Assembly (NCBI GenBank): GCA_051003195.1 | Contig: JBPCLP010000009.1 | Location: 1 to 64,000, forward strand | Length of the DNA: 64,000 nt | Direction: 5' to 3' | Source: Candidatus Sumerlaeaceae bacterium | GTDB taxonomy: Bacteria; Sumerlaeota; Sumerlaeia; Sumerlaeales; Sumerlaeaceae | Notes under the pieces: model-generated | Databases searched by the model: none | What the model saw: the letters and a program-made list of their open reading frames with translations, nothing else | Told to the model about the DNA's origin: nothing | Shown here: one piece after another, positions 20,129-30,931 of the stretch | Numbering within the stretch: the stretch's first letter is position 1 | Layout of the letters: each line of letters starts with the position of its first letter | Made by a program: the position numbers and the translations under genes

Positions 20129-22122
20129 ATCTGCAACTGCGTAAGTTACTCGTATTGATCTGCGCGCGTATGCCAGTTATCGCGGCCCTTTCGATAGGCT
20201 GGTTAACGACGAGAGGCCCGGTATTTCTGATAGCCGTTGTAATGCTGGCCGGGGGTGTGGCACCGGGGAGTTCCATGCTGCCAATCGTTAAAGAAGCTGA
20301 GTTGATGTCGAGCACGGTCAGTGCTTCGAGAGTGGCGATACGGGCTTCACACGAACTTTCGGCCGAGGCGGAAGTGTTACGGGGGGTGCTGATGGAATGC
20401 CGCATTTCTCAAACGACGGGCGTGCTACCCATCACCCTGGAATTGGACAATTCGCTGCCCGACCCTTCAGTGGCGAACACGCCGGAGGCCGTATCGCGGT
20501 GGCGCGCCGAAGGTTATCGGCTCAGTGTAAGAGCGGATGGTATATCGGTTGCGGCACGAAATCCGCCTGGGGTCTTTTATGGCATTCAGACTCTCTCGCA
20601 CATACTGGTCGATCGCGGAACGTCGGTTCCGGTGTGTGAGGTGGTCGATTGGCCCGATCTGCCTTTGCGAATGGTCATGGTTGACCCGGCGCGGCAGAAC
20701 GAAAGCTTCGATTATTACCGTCGGCTGATTCGATTTTGCGCCAGGCAGAAGATCAACGCGATGCTGCTGCACCTGACTGACGACCAGACCGCAGCTTTGT
20801 TCGAGCCGAACTACCCGGAGCTGATGCACAAGTACGCATGGACGTCGAAGCAGGCTCGCGCGCTCGCCGACTACGCACGCAAGTATCACGTGGAGTTGAT
20901 CCCGGAAATCGAGAGCTGTGGCCATTCGCGCATGTTCACCCGGCGCAAGGATTACCCGGAGTACCTGCACCAGACGACGAAAGCACGAAAGCCATCGGAC
21001 TGGATGGGTACGGACATGCCGGGCTATACGAATGTCCTTTGCCCGGCCAGCGAGAAGGGTTACGAGTATATAGAGCGAATGGTTGCCGCCGCGCAGGTGT
21101 TCGATTCGCCGGTCGTGCACCTCGGCTTCGACGAAGTCGACATGACGACATGCGCGCAATGCATGGCAAATTGGCCAGGCAAGCCGCCGGAGTACTGGTT
21201 CGCGCACCAGCTTGAAAGAAACCTGAAGATTGTCGAGAAGCACGGCAAACGAGCGGCGGTGTGGGGTGACATGCTGCTCAAGCATCCGGAAATGCTCGAG
21301 AAGATTGAGCCCAGCCGTCTGATTATTTACGACTGGCACTATCATCCGGAGGTGACGGCGGAGACTCCCCGGTTTTTCACGTCGCGCGGGTTCGAAGTGG
21401 TCGCGTGCCCGTCGCTCATGTGCAGCCCGCATATCATTGTTCCGGACGAGATGAATTACAACAATGTGCGAACCTTTGCGAAAGTGGCCCGCGATGAGAA
21501 GCTCGCCGGGCTGAACACCACCTTCTGGCTTCCGACGCGTTACCTTTCCGGGGCGATGTTTCCCGCATTCGCCTACGCCGGAGCGCAGGCATGGAGCGGC
21601 AGCAACTTTGATAAACAACAATGCCTCGGCGCATTTGCCTGCGAGTATTTCGGAATTCGCGATGCCGCGGTGTTCACCGACATGTGGGACCAGCTTGGAA
21701 CAGCTACGCTTCATCTGCGCGATTTTGAGACGGCGTGTTACTTCGACGAGGCGGGAGCCAGCGCTGCGACGAAGCTGTTTCGATCTAAAGGGAAAGCTCT
21801 CGCGGACAAGTCGGAGGCATTGAAGGGCGCAATCGGAAAGATCGACTCGCTGGATGCAGGCGTAAAGCGCAACCCGGTGGACTGGGAGACCCTGCGTCAT
21901 TCCGCCGGAATCATTTCGTTTGCTTTGGATCGCGCCGCAACAGCGGCAGACTCCAACTCTTCAGAAACCGCGAGCCTGGTTCGCTCACGTGCGAAGGAGG
22001 CTCTAAACTGGATTCAAAAAGACTGGGACCGGAACCGCTACCCGGGCGACCCTAACCTTAAGGGCATGTATCTTCCCGGCCAGAACCTCGCCTGGCGTTT
22101 TAAGCAGATGTCCGAACGATGA
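20125..22122 (+). CDS. GH20 beta-N-acetylhexosaminidase-like protein
   Basis: EGYRL, YGIQTL, DWPDLPLR, HLTDDQ, IPEIESCGH and HLGFDEV motifs. Start codon uncertain. Confidence 0.88.
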   Translation: MNLQLRKLLVLICARMPVIAALSIGWLTTRGPVFLIAVVMLAGGVAPGSSMLPIVKEAELMSSTVSASRVAIRASHELSAEAEVLRGVLMECRISQTTGVLPITLELDNSLPDPSVANTPEAVSRWRAEGYRLSVRADGISVAARNPPGVFYGIQTLSHILVDRGTSVPVCEVVDWPDLPLRMVMVDPARQNESFDYYRRLIRFCARQKINAMLLHLTDDQTAALFEPNYPELMHKYAWTSKQARALADYARKYHVELIPEIESCGHSRMFTRRKDYPEYLHQTTKARKPSDWMGTDMPGYTNVLCPASEKGYEYIERMVAAAQVFDSPVVHLGFDEVDMTTCAQCMANWPGKPPEYWFAHQLERNLKIVEKHGKRAAVWGDMLLKHPEMLEKIEPSRLIIYDWHYHPEVTAETPRFFTSRGFEVVACPSLMCSPHIIVPDEMNYNNVRTFAKVARDEKLAGLNTTFWLPTRYLSGAMFPAFAYAGAQAWSGSNFDKQQCLGAFACEYFGIRDAAVFTDMWDQLGTATLHLRDFETACYFDEAGASAATKLFRSKGKALADKSEALKGAIGKIDSLDAGVKRNPVDWETLRHSAGIISFALDRAATAADSNSSETASLVRSRAKEALNWIQKDWDRNRYPGDPNLKGMYLPGQNLAWRFKQMSER

Positions 22123-22161
22123 ATGGGTGTTCTTCAACGATGCTGCGCTGCTTGTGACCTA

Positions 22162-22809
22162 ATGCAGATTGTGGCGCTCCAGTACGTTCGCAAGCGCACG
22201 GGTGGCGAAGTACACGTGGATTTCGACGATGGTTCGAAGCTTGTGGTCGACCCCGACTTGTCTGTGCAGTTTCACCTCGCGCGTGGCATGGTGTTTAACG
22301 AAGAACGGCACCGTGAGCTGGTGGTAGCGCAGGAGCGTCTCTCGGCACGTCGCAGGCTGATTCGCAACCTCTCGCTCAGAAAGAAAACTGCGCGTGAAGC
22401 AGAGCGCTACCTCAGCGAGCTCAAGTTTCCCGAGCACGCAATCGAGTACGCTGTTGCTGTTGCGAAGGAACATGGTTTCCTGAATGACGCGGAGTACGCA
22501 AAAGCTTATACGCGATCGCAGGAACGATCGGCGAAAAAGGGACCGCGGGCAATCCGCCAGGAGCTGCGCGCACGCGGAGTCGATCGCGAAATTGCAGACC
22601 AGGCTGTCGAGCCTCTCACGGACCTGGATGTGCAACGGGCCTCGGCGAGAGAAGTGGGCGAGAAGAAGGCGCTGGCGCTGCGCAGGAAACCAGATGTCCA
22701 GAACGCAAAGTTGAAGCTACACGAGTATTTGATGCGCAAAGGCTACGATCCGGAGATCGCGCTGGAAGTCACGCGCGAGCTGCTCGGTCGGGAAGACGAG
22801 GAGCCATAG
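22162..22809 (+). CDS. recX: recombination regulator RecX
   Basis: LNDAEYA, KGPRAIRQELRARGV and YLMRKGY motifs. Confidence 0.88.
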   Translation: MQIVALQYVRKRTGGEVHVDFDDGSKLVVDPDLSVQFHLARGMVFNEERHRELVVAQERLSARRRLIRNLSLRKKTAREAERYLSELKFPEHAIEYAVAVAKEHGFLNDAEYAKAYTRSQERSAKKGPRAIRQELRARGVDREIADQAVEPLTDLDVQRASAREVGEKKALALRRKPDVQNAKLKLHEYLMRKGYDPEIALEVTRELLGREDEEP

Positions 22810-22846
22810 CGCGCGGTGGTTCCAGCAGTTTGTAGTGGGTCAGAAT

Positions 22847-23326
22847 CTACTGCCGTCCTTCGTGGGCCAGCAGAAGTTCCTTCCACTCCAGCCCGCAGGA
22901 GAAACCGCCAAGATCGCCATTGCTGCGCAACACCCGATGGCATGGGACGAAGAGCAGTGCAGGATTAGCGCCGAGGGCGCTGGCAACCGCTCGCACCGCC
23001 CGGGGCTTGCCGACCTTCCGGGCAAGCCAGGTGTAGCTACGCACTTCTCCGGCCGGAATCGTGCGAGCGGCATCCCAAACGGTTTGCTGAAATTCTGTCC
23101 CGTGCAGCTCCAGCGGAATATCTAGCGTGTTCGACTTCCCTGAAAAATAGTGCCTAAGCTGTTTGGCGGCATCGCGAAGTACGCCTTTGGCTGGTTCCGT
23201 GGCGGCGGCCTTACGCTGCCTGCCCAACATCGTGCACGCGGTAATAGCGTCGCCCTCCGCAATAAGTTCGACAAAGAATTGAGTTCCGTCGATTGTGCAG
23301 TCCACAAGTGCGCGGTTGGTGTTCAT
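22847..23326 (-). CDS. ogt: methylated-DNA-[protein]-cysteine S-methyltransferase
   Basis: GTEFQQTVW, RAVASALGANP and the PCHRV active site. Confidence 0.93.
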   Translation of the reverse strand: MNTNRALVDCTIDGTQFFVELIAEGDAITACTMLGRQRKAAATEPAKGVLRDAAKQLRHYFSGKSNTLDIPLELHGTEFQQTVWDAARTIPAGEVRSYTWLARKVGKPRAVRAVASALGANPALLFVPCHRVLRSNGDLGGFSCGLEWKELLLAHEGRQ

Positions 23327-23437
23327 GCTTTTTACTCCGTTCAGTCGGCCCGACGAGTTTGAATCCCGTCATTGACCCGCGAAATATCATCGCATTGTGT
23401 GTTGTGGTCAAATCCTAACAGAGCTATCTTACCACCC

Positions 23438-24460
23438 ATGAAATTTTTAGTCACCGGCGGCTGCGGGTTTATCGGGTCCAACTTTATCCGGTATTTCCTT
23501 CGTTCCATGCCAGACGCCGAGATCATTAATATGGATGCGCTTACGTACGCCGGCAACCTGCAGAACTTGGCGGGCGTGTCCCGGGACTCACGCTATACAT
23601 TCGTGAAAACTGATATAACCGATGCCGCTGCAGTGAACGAGGTTTTCGAGGAGCACAAACCCGAGGTCGTGCTTAACTTTGCCGCGGAATCGCACGTGGA
23701 TCGCTCTATCGAAGATCCCCAGCTTTTCCTTAGGACGAACATTCTCGGCACGCAGGTTCTGCTAAATGCCGCGAATCGCTATGGATGCACCCGATTTGTA
23801 CAAATATCGACGGATGAAGTCTACGGCCAGCTCGGTCCTGTCGGTTCGTTCACGGAAGCGACGCCCCTTGCTCCGCGCAGCCCTTACTCGTCCAGCAAAG
23901 CCGGCGCGGACCTACTTGCGATGGCGTATTATTCCACGTACAACCTGCCGGTGCTCATTACGCGCTGCTCAAATAATTATGGTCCTTATCAGTTCCCGGA
24001 AAAGCTGATCCCGCTGGCTATTATAAACGCCTATAACTGGAATGCCATCCCGGTGTATGGAGATGGGTTGTATGTGCGCGACTGGCTGCACGTCGACGAT
24101 CATTGTGCCGCAATCGAGTATGTGCTAAGCTACGGCCAACCCGGGCAGGTGTATAATATCGGCGGTGGCACTGAAATTAATAACCTGGAGCTGATTAAGC
24201 GGATTCTGAAGATTATGGATCGGCCCACTTCGCTGATCAAGCATGTGGAGGATCGACCGGGGCACGACCGCAGGTACTCAATCGACTGGTCAAAGATCCG
24301 CCGGGAACTGGACTGGAAGCCGGAGGTAAATTTCGAACAGGGCCTCGAGCAGACCGTGCAGTGGTACCTTGGAAATACGGAATGGTGGAACGCGATTATC
24401 AGTGGCGCTTATCGCGACTATTACGATCGCATGTACGCCGAGCGCGCGGATTTTCAGTGA
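23438..24460 (+). CDS. rfbB: dTDP-glucose 4,6-dehydratase
   Basis: VTGGCGFIGSN, LTYAGN, AAESHVDRSI, STDEVYG, YSSSK and DRPGHDRRY motifs. Confidence 0.96.
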   Translation: MKFLVTGGCGFIGSNFIRYFLRSMPDAEIINMDALTYAGNLQNLAGVSRDSRYTFVKTDITDAAAVNEVFEEHKPEVVLNFAAESHVDRSIEDPQLFLRTNILGTQVLLNAANRYGCTRFVQISTDEVYGQLGPVGSFTEATPLAPRSPYSSSKAGADLLAMAYYSTYNLPVLITRCSNNYGPYQFPEKLIPLAIINAYNWNAIPVYGDGLYVRDWLHVDDHCAAIEYVLSYGQPGQVYNIGGGTEINNLELIKRILKIMDRPTSLIKHVEDRPGHDRRYSIDWSKIRRELDWKPEVNFEQGLEQTVQWYLGNTEWWNAIISGAYRDYYDRMYAERADFQ

Positions 24461-26454
24461 GGTTGCAGCATTGGTGCGGTGGCGGGCATGCGTTCAAGCG
24501 CTTTGCGAATTAAAGTAATGTCCGCGCCATTAGCGCGCGCCTCGCTCAGAAGTTCCTGAGCGCCGCCTTCTCCCGAGGTGCTGTTCATCTCAAGCAGGTG
24601 GATGTACGGAAATGAGTAGCTGGGCCGCAGCTCGATGGATTTCCGGAAAGCCGCACGCGCCTCCGCTGGTTTCTTCAGATGCATGAGAGCCACCCCGCGC
24701 GCATTTTCGAGTTCTGCTGTGACCGTGCTTGCCTGTTCTGCCTTTTCATACTGCCGTGCCGCTTCCGCAAAATCGCCGGTTCCGAGGCAGAGATGTCCGC
24801 GATTCTGAGCCAGCAGTGCCGGTTCGGCACCGGCCTTTTCTGCGCGGGCAAATGATTCGAGGGCTGCCGGAAAGTCGCCCATTTCTGTAAGTAATGCCCC
24901 GTAATTCAAATCGGTGGCAGGGCCTTGACGGCCGGATTCGCGCGCCAGCTTAAAGTAGTGGCGAGCCATCTCGGCTTTGCCGGTTTTCCAGGCAGCTCCC
25001 GCGGCATTAAAATACGACGTGCCCAACTGCTGATCCCTGGTGTAGAATGGTATTCGAGACAAGGCGAAGCAAAGCAGGAAAGCGACCGCAGCGGCCACGA
25101 CATGAGCCGTGCGGGTAAGCTTGTGATCCGCGCGGAATAAGGCATAGATTCGCGAGGCTTCCATAAGTCCCGCAGCCGCAATGGGAATGAGCAGGGGTAC
25201 CAGCGCGTGACGGTAACGTGCGACCACGTAAAACAACGTGAGCGAAAAGACCATAGTTGCCGCCAGGAGAAGCAGAACCACGAAGTCGCGCCGCTGCCTC
25301 CAGCAGAGTAGCGTTCCCGCAGCACTGAGAGGAAAGAGCAGCCCGAAGTTCCAGAATGAATTAAGTGCTCGCAAAAGCGGCGAGAACTGCTCGTAGAAAT
25401 AGATATCATCCGTGTCTACAATCTCTATGTAATTAAAGGCGAGCAGGAACTTTCGCAGCAGAAGTCGCATCCAGCCGCGGGGGTCCTTACCAATGTCTGC
25501 AAAACTTCGATGGAACCAGTAGCGGCTAACCTCATCTGGTGTGAGCCGTCGTCCTGCATCACCTTCCCCAACTTCGACGGCGTCGCTTTCTTCGAGCTCC
25601 GTCGTTCCTCGTTCGTCGCGTATCGGCACGTACCCGCCTTCAGCACGGCTGCTGTTGCCGATATAAAAACTCGTTCCGACATTGTAGGTAGTGATCCCGG
25701 TTCTCGCCCCGTAATATGCGTTACGCAGATAGATCGGACCTAGTATAACAGCCAACCCAAAGAGGACCATGAGCGCACGCTGCCATCGCCAGCGGGGTTC
25801 CGGGTTTGGCTGTATGTCTGCAAATGAACTGGCAAGCCACACGGCCATAACCGGTGTCAGCAACAACGCGTTTTCGCGTGTCAGGGTGAGCAGCCCCATA
25901 ACCACGCCAAGTGCAAATAATTGTCCGGGCCTGAAGCGCGCTCGAGCGCGCGCCAGCAGCAGCAGCGCAATGGAAAGCAGCAGCACGTCGAGAGCCGACT
26001 TCTGTATGAGGCAGTCGAAAAAAGCAGCGGGCGCATATAAGGCCAGCATGATGCCTGCTGCAATGCCAGCGGTACGATTGAAGAATAGCTGGGTTGCACG
26101 TGCGAGGACCACGCATGCGATGCTTCCAAGTACTGCCTGCAGTACGCGAAGCCAGACCTGGTGATGCCCGAATACTGCGTAAAAGCTCCCGACAAAATAC
26201 GGATAAAGTGGCGCCTGGTAAAACGCACGATTGCCCAGCAGGTCGCCTTGAGCGATTCGCCAGCCCCACGCATCGTAAGCCTTACTGTCTACAATGAGGT
26301 GATCAAAAAACGGAATTTCGCGAAAGTCCCGCAGGCAGATCAACCTCACTGCCAGCGCGCCAAGGAAGATTATCAGCCCTGGGACGAAAGTTCGGAGTCG
26401 CGTATTCAATGGGAAAGTTCCGGCAGGTAAGGTGGCAATCAGCGGATGGACCAT
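24454..26454 (-). CDS. ArnT/PMT-like (GT-C) membrane glycosyltransferase with C-terminal TPR repeats
   Basis: DSKAYD, APLYPYF, LTRENAL and ARYR motifs in a multi-TM region; helical TPR-like C-terminus. Confidence 0.8.
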   Translation of the reverse strand: MVHPLIATLPAGTFPLNTRLRTFVPGLIIFLGALAVRLICLRDFREIPFFDHLIVDSKAYDAWGWRIAQGDLLGNRAFYQAPLYPYFVGSFYAVFGHHQVWLRVLQAVLGSIACVVLARATQLFFNRTAGIAAGIMLALYAPAAFFDCLIQKSALDVLLLSIALLLLARARARFRPGQLFALGVVMGLLTLTRENALLLTPVMAVWLASSFADIQPNPEPRWRWQRALMVLFGLAVILGPIYLRNAYYGARTGITTYNVGTSFYIGNSSRAEGGYVPIRDERGTTELEESDAVEVGEGDAGRRLTPDEVSRYWFHRSFADIGKDPRGWMRLLLRKFLLAFNYIEIVDTDDIYFYEQFSPLLRALNSFWNFGLLFPLSAAGTLLCWRQRRDFVVLLLLAATMVFSLTLFYVVARYRHALVPLLIPIAAAGLMEASRIYALFRADHKLTRTAHVVAAAVAFLLCFALSRIPFYTRDQQLGTSYFNAAGAAWKTGKAEMARHYFKLARESGRQGPATDLNYGALLTEMGDFPAALESFARAEKAGAEPALLAQNRGHLCLGTGDFAEAARQYEKAEQASTVTAELENARGVALMHLKKPAEARAAFRKSIELRPSYSFPYIHLLEMNSTSGEGGAQELLSEARANGADITLIRKALERMPATAPMLQPH

Positions 26455-26487
26455 TGCTGCGCCTGCGACGTCAAAACAGAAACGGCG

Positions 26488-28707
26488 TTACATCTCTGTC
26501 GCGCGGCTGTCGCGGGTGAGATTGATGACGCCCTTCACCTGACGGAGCTGGTTAAAGAGCTGGTTTAGCTGTTCGACACTTTTCACTTCGATCAGGAATT
26601 TCAGAATAGCCGTGTCCGCGCGGCTTTTCGTTTTGCTCTCCAGGATGAAAATGTTGTTCGATGTAATGATTGCAGTCACGTCGGTGAGCAGCCCTTTACG
26701 GTCCTGGCATTCCACCCTGACGGAGACACGCCGGACGGGCGGGTGCTGCATGTCCCATTCGGCGGGCAATATTTTGGCGGTATGACCGTTCTGAGCCAGC
26801 GCCTTCTTTTGCGCAGGGCATTCCTGCTGGTGTATGGTGACCCCGCGTCCAACCGTGATAAATCCAACAATGGCATCGCCAGGAACGGGAGAACAACAGC
26901 CTGCAAAACGCACGACCGTGCTGGCCAGGCCATCGACAAGGACGCCCTGTGACGACTTCCTGCGCGATGCCTTCTTGCCCTGCGTGAGCGATTTTGTCGA
27001 TGTCTGGGATGCGGCTGCTTCTTCCGCGGCGGCATCGGGAAAAACGCGCTGCACGACACTCGAGGCTTGTAGCCCGCCAAATCCAATTTCGCTTAGCAGC
27101 TCGTCGAAGGATGCAACTTTCCAGGTTTTGAGGAGGGGCTGAATTTTGGTGTCGAGCGCAGCCCAGTCGAGCTGCAATCCACGTGCGCGGACTGCCCTGG
27201 CCAGCAGGTCTCGTCCTTTTTCCACGTTCTCCGGGAAATTACGCGTGCGGAGCCAGTGCTTAATCTTCGTTCGGGCGCGGCTGGTTTTGACAATATCGAG
27301 CCAGTCGGAGGATGGATGCCCGGTCTTGCTGGTGAGGATTTCAACGAAGTCCCCATTCTGCAGGGTATATCGCAATGGAACAATACGCCGATTCACTTTC
27401 GCACCAACGCAGGTTTCGCCGACGTTGGTGTGAATTGCGTACGCAAAGTCCAACGGCGTCGAACCCATGGGCAGCTCCATGACGTCCCCGCGCGGCGTAA
27501 AGCAGAAAACCGTATCGGCGAACACGTCCTTGCGCAGGGCGTCCATAAACTCGCCCGGGTCGTTTACCTCGTTCAGCCAGTCCGTCAGCTTGCGCAGCCA
27601 GGCCAGCTTCTCCTCCATCTCCTGCTTGCCCTTGCGGCCTTCCTTATACTTCCAGTGCGCTGCGATTCCTTCCTCGGCAAACCGGTGCATTTCGGCCGTG
27701 CGCACCTGGATCTCAATGCGATGACCGCCCAGCCCAACGACCGTTGTATGCAAACTCTGGTACATGTTTTCTTTAGGCATCGCGACGTAATCTTTGAAGC
27801 GTCCGGGAAGCGGCCGCCACAGCTTATGGATTGTCCCGAGTATTTCGTAGCACGTTGGCACGTCGTCGCAGATAACGCGCAGCCCGATGAGATCGTGAAT
27901 CTCATCGAACGGCAGCTCGTGCTTATGCATTTTCTGGTAAATCGACCACAAGTGCTTCGAGCGCCCCTGGATGTTCGCTTTAACACCTTGTGCCTCGAGT
28001 TCCGCCTTTAAGACTTCAATGGACTGCTTTACCAGCGCCTCACGTTCGGTTTTCTTTAGTGCGACCTTCTGCGCGATCTCCTTGTAGTCGGTCGGCATCA
28101 GGTAGTACATGCTGTTGTCTTCGAGCTCGCTCTTTACGCGAGTCATGCCCAGGCGATTTGCGAGGGGTGCGTATACGTCCATCGTGTCGCGCGCGATCTT
28201 CTGTTGTTTATCGGGCGGAAGATAGCTGAGTGTACGAAGGTTGTGCTGCCGGTCGGCCATTTTGATGATGACGACCCGAATGTCGCGAGCCATCGCGAGA
28301 ATCATTTTGCGGAGATTTTCGACCTGCTCTTCCTTACGGTTGCCAAAGTGCAGGTTTGATATTTTCGTCACGCCTTCGACGAGGTCGGCAACAGCTTCGC
28401 CAAATTCCTCGCTGAGGCGGGCGTGCTGGATACCTTTGCAATCCTCTATGGTATCGTGCAAAAGCGCTGCCGCTAACGCGTGTGGATCGAGTCCTCGCTC
28501 GGCGAGTATTTTAGTGACCTCAACGGGGTGCGTTATATACGGCTGACCGCTGGCGCGCTTCTGCGCACTATGGGCTAATCGGGCGAACTCGTAGGCGCGG
28601 CGCAGCAGGTCCAGGTCCTGCTCGGAGTACCTCTCACGTGAATCTCCAAGAATGTACTGCAGAACCTGTTCAGTATCTTGAATGTCCGCCTCAAGTGCCG
28701 TAGCCAC
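26488..28707 (-). CDS. relA: bifunctional (p)ppGpp synthetase/hydrolase (long RSH)
   Basis: HD motif LLHDTIED, YQSLHT, EIQVRT, AAHWKYK, TGS (DFAYAIHT) and ACT domains. Confidence 0.95.
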   Translation of the reverse strand: MATALEADIQDTEQVLQYILGDSRERYSEQDLDLLRRAYEFARLAHSAQKRASGQPYITHPVEVTKILAERGLDPHALAAALLHDTIEDCKGIQHARLSEEFGEAVADLVEGVTKISNLHFGNRKEEQVENLRKMILAMARDIRVVIIKMADRQHNLRTLSYLPPDKQQKIARDTMDVYAPLANRLGMTRVKSELEDNSMYYLMPTDYKEIAQKVALKKTEREALVKQSIEVLKAELEAQGVKANIQGRSKHLWSIYQKMHKHELPFDEIHDLIGLRVICDDVPTCYEILGTIHKLWRPLPGRFKDYVAMPKENMYQSLHTTVVGLGGHRIEIQVRTAEMHRFAEEGIAAHWKYKEGRKGKQEMEEKLAWLRKLTDWLNEVNDPGEFMDALRKDVFADTVFCFTPRGDVMELPMGSTPLDFAYAIHTNVGETCVGAKVNRRIVPLRYTLQNGDFVEILTSKTGHPSSDWLDIVKTSRARTKIKHWLRTRNFPENVEKGRDLLARAVRARGLQLDWAALDTKIQPLLKTWKVASFDELLSEIGFGGLQASSVVQRVFPDAAAEEAAASQTSTKSLTQGKKASRRKSSQGVLVDGLASTVVRFAGCCSPVPGDAIVGFITVGRGVTIHQQECPAQKKALAQNGHTAKILPAEWDMQHPPVRRVSVRVECQDRKGLLTDVTAIITSNNIFILESKTKSRADTAILKFLIEVKSVEQLNQLFNQLRQVKGVINLTRDSRATEM

Positions 28708-28803
28708 AGGTATACTTTGCCTACAAAGCGCAAGTAATTGGCTTCATCAAGGCTGAAAAGCGATGGCGAACGGGGTAACAGTAGGCCTATTGAGCGAGCT
28801 ACA

Positions 28804-29334
28804 TCACTCGATAGGGGTGACGGTTAACCGCATGCTGTCGGTGGAAACAATGCGTACTTTTTTGCCTGCTTCGACTGGAGCAGTACTGACCGCATCCCAG
28901 TAGCTGCCGTTGAAGAATACCTTACCCTCAGGGCTGAGCGCGCGAGAGACTTCTGCGACCTGGCCGCTGAAACTATCCATACCGGTCGAAGGCTCACTTT
29001 TGCCCGAACGAACGGAAATGACGACCAGTATAATTTCCAGAATTGTGAGCGCCACCAGCACCGGGATAATCATGTGCGGTGGAATGCCGAACAGCGTCTG
29101 GCCGGTTCGTGTTAGAATGGCGCAGGCAGCAATCACGCACGCAATTCCGCCAAGGCTCAACAACCCATAGCTGGTCACCTTGATCTCAGCCAACATCAAC
29201 AGAAGACCGCCAACAATTAAGAGCGTAACGAAATACTGGTCCGGCAGCCCGCGGACAAATGTCGAGGGCAGGGATTCAGCAGCCGTGGCAACTGCTGCGA
29301 GCCCGAAAATGAAAATGGCGGAAGCGAGGCGCAT
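28804..29334 (-). CDS. NfeD-family membrane protein (short form, C-terminal OB fold)
   Basis: LAEIKVTSYGLLSLGG TM segment; LSPEGKVFFNGSYWDA. Confidence 0.8.
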   Translation of the reverse strand: MRLASAIFIFGLAAVATAAESLPSTFVRGLPDQYFVTLLIVGGLLLMLAEIKVTSYGLLSLGGIACVIAACAILTRTGQTLFGIPPHMIIPVLVALTILEIILVVISVRSGKSEPSTGMDSFSGQVAEVSRALSPEGKVFFNGSYWDAVSTAPVEAGKKVRIVSTDSMRLTVTPIE

Positions 29335-29396
29335 GACGCTCTCTATTACATTGAAGCACGTAAGTAAATGCATCGGCGTGTCGCAAATCTGACTCT

Positions 29397-30836
29397 ATGC
29401 CTCGAAAAACGTCGAAAAGAAAACAATCCGCCGCGCCCCGGCAACAGCGTATGGCGGGAGCGAAGCTGGCGTCGGCCATACCACAGGGCGTTTCTCCTGC
29501 CACGATGCGCGACGCCGTGCTCGGCAGGGATTTACCACGCGCAGTGAGTCTGATTGTTCTGTTTCTCCTCATACTGCAGATTGCATTGAATTTTGCCCGC
29601 TTCGACGGACGACCTGTGGGGCTGAACAATCCAACCGCGGCGGGCGTGGCTGCCAGGGACTTTTTTCCGGCGCGGCTGCGGCATCAGAATATCGATACGC
29701 CAGGCTGGGTGCTGACCGGGCTCATGCTGCCAACCAACGCGCCGCGTGAACGTGCGATGCGACCGCTATATCCGCTACCGGTAACTTTGGCGCGCGTCCT
29801 CGGTGTAGTTCCTGCGGATCCAGGCTTGAAGGCGTTGCCTGCGGGCGCCCAGGCGTATGGCAGCGTTGGCGCAAGCCTGTTCCCGGCAATCCATGTGCTT
29901 CAATTTACGAACGCCTGTCTCGCCCTGCTATCAGGGTGGCTGTTCTTTGCTTTTTGCAGACGATTCGGTTTTTCGCCGCCGGCCGCAACCTGCGCTGCGT
30001 TGGTAGCGGGATCCGGATTTGGTTTCAGCTTCTGGGTCGTGCAGGCCACGCCGGAACTTTTCGGCTATACGACCGTGATCGTTACGCTTGTTCTAGCAAT
30101 GATAGCGCATGAAACCGATGTTCCTCGCGAATTGACGGGCGTGAGCCGGCTTCTGCGCCAGGGCTGCATCTGGGGCTGCGTTGGGTCCGTTGTCGGTATC
30201 ATGCTGCTGGGGAAGGAAAGTTTTAACCTGCCGATTTTCGTCGGGCTTTTGCTCCTTTTGTCACGACGATGGGTGGGCGTGCTGACGTTTTCCGCAGCGA
30301 CGCTCTTACCTACCCTCTTGTGGAATTACTACATGGCACGCATTGTTAAGGCGTATGACCCGGCGGAATACCTGCGACAATATAAGTTCGTGGTGTGGCT
30401 GTGGCAGGACCTTGGAAACCTGCCATGGAGTGAGCGATTGGCGGCCATTGGAAAAAACTTTACCACCCAGGTGGTGTGCCTGGGCAGGGCATATGCCTAT
30501 GTTCCCTTGATTGTCGCAGCTATCGGGATTGCGCTTGGGCGTAATACGATTCCGCGCCGGGGTATTCTGCTCGCCTGCTTTTTTATGTCTCTCTACCTGC
30601 TGTTTCTTGCGTCGAATTTCATTATGCCCCGGCTGATGTTTCTATCATGGCCGGCGGTGTACTTTTTCGCATGGGTAGCGGTTGAGCGCCTGGCGGTTTT
30701 TGCGGAGCGTGCGGGCCGCCCGGGTGCTCCAGTTAATCCCACAGGTCCCCGAAGGTGGGCCATTCGCCTGACCGCATTGGCGGGTTTCATGGCGCTGGGC
30801 ACGCGGGATCATTTCGACTGGTATTTTTATGGGTAG
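29397..30836 (+). CDS. multi-pass membrane protein, possible GT-C glycosyltransferase
   Basis: Numerous hydrophobic helices; RPLYP and LGKES motifs. Confidence 0.6.
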   Translation: MPRKTSKRKQSAAPRQQRMAGAKLASAIPQGVSPATMRDAVLGRDLPRAVSLIVLFLLILQIALNFARFDGRPVGLNNPTAAGVAARDFFPARLRHQNIDTPGWVLTGLMLPTNAPRERAMRPLYPLPVTLARVLGVVPADPGLKALPAGAQAYGSVGASLFPAIHVLQFTNACLALLSGWLFFAFCRRFGFSPPAATCAALVAGSGFGFSFWVVQATPELFGYTTVIVTLVLAMIAHETDVPRELTGVSRLLRQGCIWGCVGSVVGIMLLGKESFNLPIFVGLLLLLSRRWVGVLTFSAATLLPTLLWNYYMARIVKAYDPAEYLRQYKFVVWLWQDLGNLPWSERLAAIGKNFTTQVVCLGRAYAYVPLIVAAIGIALGRNTIPRRGILLACFFMSLYLLFLASNFIMPRLMFLSWPAVYFFAWVAVERLAVFAERAGRPGAPVNPTGPRRWAIRLTALAGFMALGTRDHFDWYFYG

Positions 30837-30931
30837 CCTTCAGCGCGTTCGCCGCTTTTTCTAGTACTTGACGCAATTCCGGTGCGCTCGCGCACTGGGA
30901 TCCACCGTTGCCAAAGGAGTGCAGCTAAAGT

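Noticed and set aside
20467..21900. Long antisense ORFs (477 aa here; also 2307-3335 and 32132-33232)
   Set aside because: Shadow frames of well-supported genes in GC-rich DNA, with no motifs.
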